DNA from: a virus
Lineage: Duplodnaviria > Caudoviricetes
Virus record (IMG/VR): IMGVR_UViG_3300042924_000307
Span: 1 to 37,758 of that record
Reading direction: 5' to 3' (one strand)
DNA length: 37,758 bases
Shown here: piece by piece, positions 18,761-27,100 of the stretch
Layout of the letters: each line of letters opens with the position of its first letter
Numbering within the stretch: the stretch's first letter is position 1
The notes under the pieces: model-generated
Told to the model about the DNA's origin: nothing
What the model saw: the letters and a program-made list of their open reading frames with translations, nothing else
Database searches by the model: none
Translations under genes and position numbers: made by a program

Positions 18761-20625
18761 GAGTTACCTCTGCGGCCATCTTGTTTGATGTCAATGCGGG
18801 GGCTACCCAGCTGCCATGCACAACCTAATTGATTGGACTCGATCTTCATAATCATCTGACGGCCACGCACCCTGACGTATACCTGACCCGTAAACTCTTC
18901 AATCGGCACAGTGGCTGTTCTTACAATCGTAGCGTCCGAATTACCGCCTAAAGAGATTGGGCTGTTGTAGCCTGAACCAGAGTTCTGCATAGGGATCAAC
19001 GTCATGGTCACTTGCGGGGAGGCAGTATCCGACCCACGGAACGTGATGTCAGGCACGATACGCCAGACAAACCCAAAGTGGTCGCCGTCATCAATGTCAA
19101 ACTCAGTAGTCTCAATCACTGCATTAATTGGCAGGGTTGTACCTGTCTCATTGTCATCATTGCCCTGCTCATGGAACACAATGTTGTAGCTGTAGGTAGC
19201 CGCCATTGGATGCTGGCGCAACGCAGAGTCAAGCCACGCTGTACGGGCCATTGTTCCATACGCCCACACATCTTCTGCGTAGTTATAGGTAACGTATTTA
19301 TCAATCGTAAACGAGTTGGCCGAGCAGTAGAAGAACCAGACTTCGTTAAAGCCTTCGTTGGTAGACGCAAAGATCTGAGCGGCCTGCTCTAAGTTAATGT
19401 CTTGGAAGATGTACTGACGCAAGTCACAACGCAACGTCTGTGTACGGCCATCGTATTTGTAGAACTTATCAATACCCATCCAGTAAGTCACACCAGACGC
19501 AATGGCGCACGCATTTGGACCAGCAATAGACAAGTTATCAGCCAATAACTGAGCGCCCCATACAGCTGGTGGGCCTTGGTACTGCATGGAATACAAAGCA
19601 GAATCTGTCCAAACCAATATCTCTTGGCGGGACTGTAAGGCCGTTACAATTTTAGACCCTCTAGACAGCTGTAAGCTACCAGCCTGATTGGTCGCAGCGG
19701 GAAACCATTCAAGGTAATCTTCTTGGTCAGACCAACGAATGAGCGTTGGGTTCTGGTCAGCCGAGCCGTAATCGTTACAGCCAAACGCAAACGTAAACCT
19801 AGATGAATCAGAAATCAGAATTAAGTTCTGAACTGTAGGAACAGAGCTAGCCCCTACCAAACTAGAAATCAAAACACCCCGTGTTGTCAATGACGTATTG
19901 GCTTTCCAGATGTATATTTGGCCTCCGTTAGGACCAAAGATTAAATCTTCACCAAAGTTAGCCTGACTCCAGATACGCATCTGGTTGGTTGATGCCGAAC
20001 CAATACCCCACGTACCAGACCCCCATGCACCCGCGCCCCAGCCAACTAAAGGAATGGCAAACGCTGTACCAACGTTAACTTGGTATGCCGCTACGACAGC
20101 TGCCCCACCGCCCGTAGTTGTTGCGTTAGCCGCAGATGCCGCTGTAATTTCATATGTTGTTGTAGACGTACCAATAGTAGAGAGTTGATATTCCCCATTA
20201 AGGGTTAGTCCGGCAACAGCTGTAGCACCGCTAAAGGTTACAAAGTCACCATTGATATAACCGCCCGTAGCATCCGTTACAACTACTGTGGTTGAGCCTG
20301 ATGTGGTAGCAAATGGGTTGTTAACAAGCGTTGCTGGGGTTTTGCGCAAGGGGGTGATGTCGTTGTACGCACCGCCAGACTCAATGTAGTACTTTAAATT
20401 TGTACCTACGCTCAGTAAGTTCTGCCCGCCCAGAGTTACCCAGTTCCACAAAGACCGGCAAACACCTTGGAATATCGTAGAAGAAATGCGTTGCCAGCCA
20501 CCAATTTTCTCGGGTGTGCCTTGGCGAAACCTTATCTTGTCCGAAACATAGTAGCCATTCTCCGATGTGTATCGAGTGTTTTCTCTGTTTACACCGGCTT
20601 TCTGCTGAAGTTTCTTTAATGGCAT
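18757..20625 (-). CDS. Tail nozzle / DNA stabilization protein (P22 gp10 / tubular protein B-like)
   Basis: 622 aa, beta-propeller-like (IRWSDQED, ILVWTD, EVWFFY, YNY.E.VW), typical C-terminus ..RIDIKQDGRR; podovirus synteny. Confidence 0.7.
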   Translation of the reverse strand: MPLKKLQQKAGVNRENTRYTSENGYYVSDKIRFRQGTPEKIGGWQRISSTIFQGVCRSLWNWVTLGGQNLLSVGTNLKYYIESGGAYNDITPLRKTPATLVNNPFATTSGSTTVVVTDATGGYINGDFVTFSGATAVAGLTLNGEYQLSTIGTSTTTYEITAASAANATTTGGGAAVVAAYQVNVGTAFAIPLVGWGAGAWGSGTWGIGSASTNQMRIWSQANFGEDLIFGPNGGQIYIWKANTSLTTRGVLISSLVGASSVPTVQNLILISDSSRFTFAFGCNDYGSADQNPTLIRWSDQEDYLEWFPAATNQAGSLQLSRGSKIVTALQSRQEILVWTDSALYSMQYQGPPAVWGAQLLADNLSIAGPNACAIASGVTYWMGIDKFYKYDGRTQTLRCDLRQYIFQDINLEQAAQIFASTNEGFNEVWFFYCSANSFTIDKYVTYNYAEDVWAYGTMARTAWLDSALRQHPMAATYSYNIVFHEQGNDDNETGTTLPINAVIETTEFDIDDGDHFGFVWRIVPDITFRGSDTASPQVTMTLIPMQNSGSGYNSPISLGGNSDATIVRTATVPIEEFTGQVYVRVRGRQMIMKIESNQLGCAWQLGSPRIDIKQDGRRGNS

Positions 20626-20633
20626 GGGCAGTC

Positions 20634-21110
20634 CTAGGATAAAAACACGGCCCGCTCGTCAATACGGCGATTCTGTAGCCCTTTGAGAATTTTACCCCCC
20701 GCCATGCAATATTTCAACAACTCTTCTGCTGCACCGTCCATATCACCACGCAGTACCTTTTGACGCAGAGTAGAACGCTGGAGAGTGCCCAGTCCTACAT
20801 TGAAAGCAAAAGATACCAATGCGTCAAACTGTCCTTGAGTAAGAGGCACAGGACAATAAGTAGCCACGCCTTTCTCAAACCGAGCAAGGTCTGCCCTAAG
20901 TATTGCATCGACTTCCTCCATTGAATGTTTACGCATGGCCTCTGGCGGTGGCACAAAGGCATCGCGCTGGTCTATCTTGAGCTTGCCTTGCTCTGGAAAC
21001 ATTACGTGCCCAACTCCCACAGTCCAGAGCTTGGCTGGGCATTTGTAGGGATTCTGCCTCACGCCCTCGTGATGGCGAATCATGTGGAGGCACTTGGCTG
21101 ATATTTTCAT
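20634..21110 (-). CDS. Endolysin, GH24 (phage lysozyme)
   Basis: HEG-x7-C-x5-T catalytic triad variant, WTVGVGH, QFDALVSFAFNVG, GL..RR..E..F motifs. Confidence 0.92.
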   Translation of the reverse strand: MKISAKCLHMIRHHEGVRQNPYKCPAKLWTVGVGHVMFPEQGKLKIDQRDAFVPPPEAMRKHSMEEVDAILRADLARFEKGVATYCPVPLTQGQFDALVSFAFNVGLGTLQRSTLRQKVLRGDMDGAAEELLKYCMAGGKILKGLQNRRIDERAVFLS

Positions 21111-21622
21111 TTGCCAAACGCCCGGCCACCAAAGTGGAAAGCAATGATGGAAGCAAACAACGCTTGGGTGTCAGAGTCCCACAGCATCTCTGCTAACTCT
21201 GTGAATGGCACATCACGGCTCCAGCCGTAGGCGAACAGACCAATGTCAATAAACAGTAGCAGGAAGAAGAAGCCGTATGTGATAACGGGACGAACAGAGG
21301 CTCGGAGGTTCTTCATCCATGTAGAAGTACCCTCGTTTAAACTTGTATCATGAGCGTAGATTGCCTGCATTTCAGCCTGCTGAGCGCCGATCAAAACCTG
21401 TGTCGTATTGGCTGCGCTTTCGGTTGCCAATTGTTCTGACTTGATGTGCTCAATCCGCTCTTGGGCTTCAAAGCCTGCTTTACGCAGTTCCAGCTCACGG
21501 GTAATCTGCATCTGGGCAAGGTTTAGCTCGTGTTTTTTGTCTGCACGGTCTTGAAAGAATTCCAGAATCTTGGGCAAACCACCCATCAGGAATGAGATTA
21601 GGGTTGATAGTAGTGTCAGCAT
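21107..21622 (-). CDS. Holin-like membrane protein (3TM, GTA-holin-like)
   Basis: Hydrophobic N-terminus, coiled coil, VRP + TM + F.FG.R C-terminus; adjacent to the endolysin. Confidence 0.65.
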   Translation of the reverse strand: MLTLLSTLISFLMGGLPKILEFFQDRADKKHELNLAQMQITRELELRKAGFEAQERIEHIKSEQLATESAANTTQVLIGAQQAEMQAIYAHDTSLNEGTSTWMKNLRASVRPVITYGFFFLLLFIDIGLFAYGWSRDVPFTELAEMLWDSDTQALFASIIAFHFGGRAFGK

Positions 21623-21631
21623 AGCGATCCT

Positions 21632-22243
21632 TTACTGTTTGCTTTTACTCAACATATTACTTGCAATTTGCAACATACTTATAGCCTTGGTGATGTCTTT
21701 GGGTTCTTTATCCCAGCCCACCGTGATCTGCCCAACAAACCTGCCCTGCTCTGGAGGCACACTGACACGGCATCCAAAGGTAACGCCCTTCTCAATGTAC
21801 CAAAGTCCAATCTCACTCTGAGCCACTGTGTATTCACTACAAGGAATCTCGTTAGCCATCAGTGCAATCACATCACGGTTATTGGACGCGCTCTGTGTAA
21901 ACAGCCCTACATCCAGTCCATCGTGCGTTTTATCTCTGCCTTCTCGGGTGTACGCCCGAAACAGAACTCTTGTCCCAAACAGTGGATTAACCTTGAATAT
22001 GGCTACCACCGTTGCGTCTGTGTTCTTAAACAGATGAGCCACAACATCCTCTGCCCGGTCTTCCGCAATCATTGGAAGCTTCTTGTTTTCTTTATAAGCC
22101 TCAAATAGAAACGACTGGTTCTGCCAAACAAAATACCCAGCAAACGCAAACACCGCCATGAGCAACAGAGCAAACAGTTTAAACGGGCTATCCACATAGG
22201 ACAGCACCTTGCTCAATACGTCTGTTGGCTTTTCGTCACTCAT
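21632..22243 (-). CDS. Single-TM protein with large soluble C-domain, resembling T4 holin T (GAF-like periplasmic domain)
   Basis: One N-terminal TM (FALLLMAVFAFAGYFVW), 203 aa, two Cys, motifs colinear with T4 T as recalled from memory; located in the lysis cassette. Confidence 0.55.
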   Translation of the reverse strand: MSDEKPTDVLSKVLSYVDSPFKLFALLLMAVFAFAGYFVWQNQSFLFEAYKENKKLPMIAEDRAEDVVAHLFKNTDATVVAIFKVNPLFGTRVLFRAYTREGRDKTHDGLDVGLFTQSASNNRDVIALMANEIPCSEYTVAQSEIGLWYIEKGVTFGCRVSVPPEQGRFVGQITVGWDKEPKDITKAISMLQIASNMLSKSKQ

Positions 22244-22377
22244 AGACCAAACATTCCTAATACTTTTTTAGCAACATCGTCAGGCAAGAAGCGGAGCAGG
22301 CCAAGCACCCACCACGCAATACACAGCCTGACAAAGACTTTAAGGAAGAGGTCAAACTGTTTCTGGTACTCATTCAC
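22240..22377 (-). CDS. Unlisted 45-aa membrane peptide MNEYQKQFDLFLKVFVRLCIAWWVLGLLRFLPDDVAKKVLGMFGL
   Basis: Read manually: GTG start overlaps the upstream TGA, and its TGA overlaps the downstream ATG; fills the gap exactly. Confidence 0.7.
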   Translation of the reverse strand: MNEYQKQFDLFLKVFVRLCIAWWVLGLLRFLPDDVAKKVLGMFGL

Positions 22378-22874
22378 CGACCACACCCTGTCTTGGCACA
22401 CAGTTCAGCCATCTCATTAAGCCCCCAGCCAATAGCACCTAAGAGCATCACGATCACAACAATCCCAACTGCCCATTCCATCTGCTCTTGCTCGGCTTCC
22501 TTGCGCTTCTTCTCTTCAGCCTTTAGCTCTGCCATCTCTCTGGCGTCATCTCTATCCATCTCAGCTTGCCGAGCCTTGGTTGCATTCCATACGTCTATGC
22601 GTCCCGCCTGCATGAACAGCATCTTTAGCTGTTCTTCAAACCGCTTGGCCTCATCCAAAGCCATCTCAATCTGTAGCGCCGCGCCAAGGTTAGATTTACC
22701 ACCTGTACGCTTTGCTTGAAGCATTGCCTTGGTCGCGGTGCTCTTAGCGTCAAAAAGCCGCGCAATGGATGGAGCCAAGCCTGCTAGATCACTTGCGACC
22801 TTACTAGCCTTCTTGACTACGCTGATTGCGCTTTGTAGTCCTTCTAACGCTGTTATCGGGTCTATTGGGATCAT
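22374..22874 (-). CDS. Coiled-coil protein with C-terminal TM helix (lysis-cassette associated, function unknown)
   Basis: Helical N-part, charged linker, TM WAVGIVVIVMLLGAIGWGL, Cys pair at the end. Confidence 0.7.
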   Translation of the reverse strand: MIPIDPITALEGLQSAISVVKKASKVASDLAGLAPSIARLFDAKSTATKAMLQAKRTGGKSNLGAALQIEMALDEAKRFEEQLKMLFMQAGRIDVWNATKARQAEMDRDDAREMAELKAEEKKRKEAEQEQMEWAVGIVVIVMLLGAIGWGLNEMAELCAKTGCGR

Positions 22875-22911
22875 AGGTACAACTCAAAACAAATTCCAGT
22901 AACCAAACAGC

Positions 22912-22927
22912 GGGGGCCGAAGCCCCC
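22912..22927 (-). terminator. GGGGGC-TTCG-GCCCCC hairpin (weak terminator or mRNA-stabilising hairpin)
   Basis: Perfect 6-bp stem with cUUCGg tetraloop 8 nt after the stop of 22936..23163; only a broken U-tract follows. Confidence 0.6.
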
Positions 22928-22935
22928 AGACAAGG

Positions 22936-23163
22936 TTACTTAGGTTCTACGTCCGACACCTTGGGTTCGGCCAGAGCTTGCTTCAGTAACTCAAAGAAGG
23001 CGTTGCGGCCTACGGTGAGTTGATCTACGTTAAATCGTGCTGAGTCTAGTTTGCGATCCAAATCTGCGACATGGTTCAACAGCGCTTGCTGCTGGGGTGT
23101 CAGGTCTTCAAACTGGTGCTCAACGCCATCGATTGTCACAGGGGTCTTTTCATTTTTTCCCAT
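22936..23163 (-). CDS. Small hypothetical protein (TIDG.E motif plus coiled coil), often found after tail fibres
   Basis: AAAGGA RBS; coiled-coil C-half. Confidence 0.75.
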   Translation of the reverse strand: MGKNEKTPVTIDGVEHQFEDLTPQQQALLNHVADLDRKLDSARFNVDQLTVGRNAFFELLKQALAEPKVSDVEPK

Positions 23164-23181
23164 GATGTTTCCTTTTAATGT

Positions 23182-23209
23182 GCCACCAAGGTCGGGTGGT
23201 GGCTTCCCG
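23182..23209 (-). promoter_or_regulatory. Predicted H-type RNA pseudoknot upstream of the RBS of 22936..23163
   Basis: mRNA CGGG-AA-GCCACCA-CCCG-ACCT-TGGTGGC: S1 4 bp, S2 7 bp. Confidence 0.5.
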
Positions 23210-23872
23210 TTATGCTGATGCGGCTTGCAATGGTGCTAGGTCTTTGGTCTTCCCAAGGACTTTATACCCATACTTCTCAGATTGTCCACGAAAAATTCTT
23301 GATCTAAGTGCCTGTCCTGATATTCCAAGATGTTCAGCAAGATCATTTATCGTTTTGTAGATTTTTCCATTGTATTCAACAGATTTTGCAAGCAGTGATT
23401 TTTCGCCACTAATTTTTTCTACAACTTCTGGTCGCTTCATAGACGAATTGACTGACATCCCAAGCCTAGCTTCAGCGGATTGTTTGCGTCCATACATAGG
23501 ATTATCTGAACCATAAAGACCATAACGTGGGTGTTTTTCACCAGACATTTTGCCTTTTAACTTTTCAGAAATCAAATGCTTAGTTTCAACGGTATGACGA
23601 TAGCCTTTTGTGCCACCGCAACCACCATCGGTTTTGTTTGCAAGGTTAATACCAAGCCTACGCAACTGGTCAATTCGCTCTTGCTCTACCAGAAATACAA
23701 GCTCCTCATCATTAGACTCGGCAATCAATCGACCTTCATATCCAGCCTTATTGACAATACCGTGCCAATGTTTGTTTCGCTTGTCTTTAGAGCGCACCCG
23801 ACCGCCGCACCCTTTACCGACATAAAAGACGGTATTGGTGTCAAGCCGAATGTGCTCGTAGACGTAGAACAT
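23210..23872 (-). mobile_element. Free-standing GIY-YIG-type homing endonuclease with NUMOD3-like repeats
   Basis: FYVYEH..FYVGKG..R..E..N catalytic pattern; HTVETKHLISEK, GEKHPRYG and GSDNPMYGRKQS DNA-binding repeats; C-terminal HTH-like part; TAATG coupling. Confidence 0.85.
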
Positions 23873-24096
23873 TACTTACCAGCGGCAATAGCGGCATTTA
23901 GCGGAGCCAAGTCTTGGCCCTGCATAAAGTCCTTGGCAACCATAATTTCTAAATGGGCAACGTTACGAGCAACAGTATCAGACCAGTCAGCATCTTCCAT
24001 GCCTTCTGGTTTACCTGCGTTAATCAGGTTTACTGAGTCCATTGCAGCGCTGTAGTGCTGTGCAATTTGTTCGGGGGTTTGTGTTTCAATAGTCAT
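23872..24096 (-). CDS. Small hypothetical protein immediately downstream of the tail fibre
   Basis: AAAGGA RBS; TPEQIAQHYSAAMDSVNLI..RN..HL motif. Confidence 0.8.
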   Translation of the reverse strand: MTIETQTPEQIAQHYSAAMDSVNLINAGKPEGMEDADWSDTVARNVAHLEIMVAKDFMQGQDLAPLNAAIAAGK

Positions 24097-24105
24097 GATT
24101 TTCCT

Positions 24106-27100
24106 TTAAAGGTTAGCGGCATCCAAACGTGCCTTGAGAGATTCAATGATTGCTTGTTGCTCTTGAATGGCTTTGACAAGAATTGCTTCTGTTTTTGCCC
24201 ATCCGCTCAATGTTTTCATACCATCTGGTCTTTCACCAATAGCATCTGGATAAATTTCTTCAAACTCTTGAGCGATAAAACTAATTTGATGCCCACCACC
24301 TTCAGATGCAATGTAGTCAAATTCAACAGGACGCAACGCCATGATGTTTGCAAGCTGTGGGGGCAAGTCAACAATGTTTTCTTTCAAACGTCTATCAGAC
24401 CAAGAAGTAAAAGTTGCTTGTGAAGCACCATTTGCTGTAATTACGCCTGAAGCCGTTCCTGTATTGTTAATCGTAAACCCAAGAAACCATTGACTTGTAG
24501 TGTTTGTAGACGAGTACTTATCAACCATTAAGGCAATACTGCCATCTGCCAATGATGGGCCGCCTGCAAATCGACCAGCTGGAACTGTATCATTTGAATA
24601 TGAGTTAAAAGTTCCGTAGCTTGTAAACGATGCTGTTCCAACCAACATTTGACCGTTAGTATTAAAGATACCCCGTGGATTCCCATCCCCATCAGACAGC
24701 ACGATGTAGTTGCTTGCTGTGCGAATGTCTAGGCCGCCTTGGTTGCCGTGAAATCCACCAATGATGGTATTTTTTGTTCCAGTTGTTACAAAATAGCCCG
24801 CTCCGACTGACGCATTTGTACAGCCGACAAAAGTGTTGCCAACCCCCGTTGTTGAATAACCAGCAGTCTGCCCAATAAAAGTGTTGTAACCAGCCGTGGT
24901 TGCGCTATATCCCGCCTGATAACCGACAGCCGTGTTGTAAGATGCTGTGGTGTTGAATTGCAGTGCCGTATGACCAAAAGCCACATTTTGACCACCAGTG
25001 GTGTTGGATACTAATGCCGCATGACCAAACGCTGAATTGCTTGTGCCAGTAGTGTTTGTAGCTAAAGCCGCATAACCAAAAGCATTGTTTGCTGATGCTG
25101 TGGTGTTATTTGTAAGTGTACCGACACCAAAAGCATTGTTGTATGAACCAGTGGTGTTTGCATACATTGACCCAAAATAAGAACCACCTAAATAAGTTCC
25201 AACTGCCGTATTAGCAACGCCAGATGTGTTGAGTTGCATAGCAGTGGAGCCTACTGCGGTATTTCCTGCGCCCGTATTGTTGCGAAGCGCACTGCCGCCA
25301 ATTGCAACAATGTTGTCAGCAGTATTATTAAGACCAGCTTGAGCGCCTACTGTGGTGTTGCCACTATTGGTGGTATTGGTATATCCAGCTTGATAGCCCA
25401 AAGCTACGTTGGATATGCCAGTAGTATTGCTATATCCCGCCTGATAACCAACAGCGGTGTTGTTAGAGGCTGTGGTGTTGGTTTGTAGGGCTTGTGCGCC
25501 TAATGCCGTGTTATTTGTACCAGTAGTATTGTTGTATAAAGCATAAGCACCAAATCCAGCACTCCAAGATGAAGTTGTATTGTTTCTTAATGCGCCATAT
25601 CCCATACCAGTATTGTCAGCACCAGTAGTGTTAAGGTATAAGGATTGATACCCAACAGCGGTGTTTTCTGATGCTGTGGTGTTGGAAGAAAGTGCTGCGA
25701 TACCTACAGCGGTGTTGCTAGAACCTGTTGTGTTAAATGTAAGAGCCGCATAATTTGTTCCAGTTGTATAACCACCAACCGCCACGTTTCCAGTTCCAGT
25801 TGTATTAGCAACTAAAGCTTGCGAACCAAACGCTGTAATTAGGCCGGTGGTATTAGAATAACCTGCTTGATAACCAACAGCGGTGTTGTAGGATGCTGTG
25901 GTGTTGGACTGAAGTGCAGATTGACCGACAGCAGTGTTGTAATCACCAGTAGTGTTTGCATACAAAGATACAGCACCCAAAGCAGTGTTTGATGTGCCTG
26001 TAGTGTTAAAGCGTAGAGTTTCTCTACCTACCGCCACTCCGTTTGTGCCAGTTGTGTTGGCATAGGCGGCTTGATAACCTACAGCAGTGTTGTTAGAGGC
26101 TGTTGTGTTGCTGTAAAGCGCTTGTTCTCCAATTGCTGTATTGCTTCCACCTGTTGTATTTGAGCGAGCCGCATTAGTTCCAAAGAAGGCGTTATACAAA
26201 CCAGTTGTGTTGCTATATCCAGCCTGACCACCAAAGGCGGCAAGGTTAGCGCCAGTTGTATTGCTATATCCAGCCTGATAACCAACGGCAGTATTTTGGT
26301 TTGCTGTGGTGTTGAAGCGCAAAGCGCCATGACCTAAAGCCGTGTTAAAAGTGCCGGTTGTGTTAAATTGAAGTGCTGTGTAACCAAGTGATGAGTTAAG
26401 AAAACCTGTTGTATTAGAACCCATTGCCGCACGACCAATGGCTGTATTTTGATAGCCTGTTGTATTAGCCGCAAAAGCCCCTAAACCAAAAGCAGAATTG
26501 TCATCGCCAGTTGTATTTGCGTATCCCGCTTGATGACCGACAGCTACGTTATTTGTACCAGTCGTATTTGCGTATAACGCCTGATAGCCAACAGCGGTGT
26601 TAAATGATGCGGTGGTGTTTGAGCCAAGAGCGCCATTACCAAGTGCAGTGTTGTTAGAGCCTGTGGTGTTAACGGCTAATGCAGAATTGTATGTAGCGCC
26701 ATCCCCAGCACCAATAGCAAGATTACTTGCGCCAGTTGTATTGTTATATAAAACATTCCAACCAACAGCAGTGTTATAACCGCCCGTAGTATTTGACCGT
26801 AATGCGCCCGAACCAATTGCGGTTAAATAAATTCCGGTGGTGTTTGTCAAGGCGGCTTGATAACCAACAGCCGTGTTAAATGAGGCTGTGGTGTTGGAGA
26901 AAAGCGCTGAATAACCAACAGCGGTATTGTTTTCAGCAGTAGTGCTTGCGTTCAAAGACCCCCAGCCAATTGCGGTGTTTAAACTGCCAGTAGTGTTTGC
27001 TATTAAAGCTGAACGACCTACTACTGTATTGCTATTTCCAGTTGTGTTTGCTTTGAGTGATTCAACCCCTACAGCGGTATTTGCAATACCAGTTGTGTTT

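Noticed and set aside
23210-23872. Group I intron or intein housing the endonuclease
   Set aside because: The upstream gene has its own stop overlapping the endonuclease ATG, and there is no flanking non-coding room for an intron core or any intein terminal motifs.
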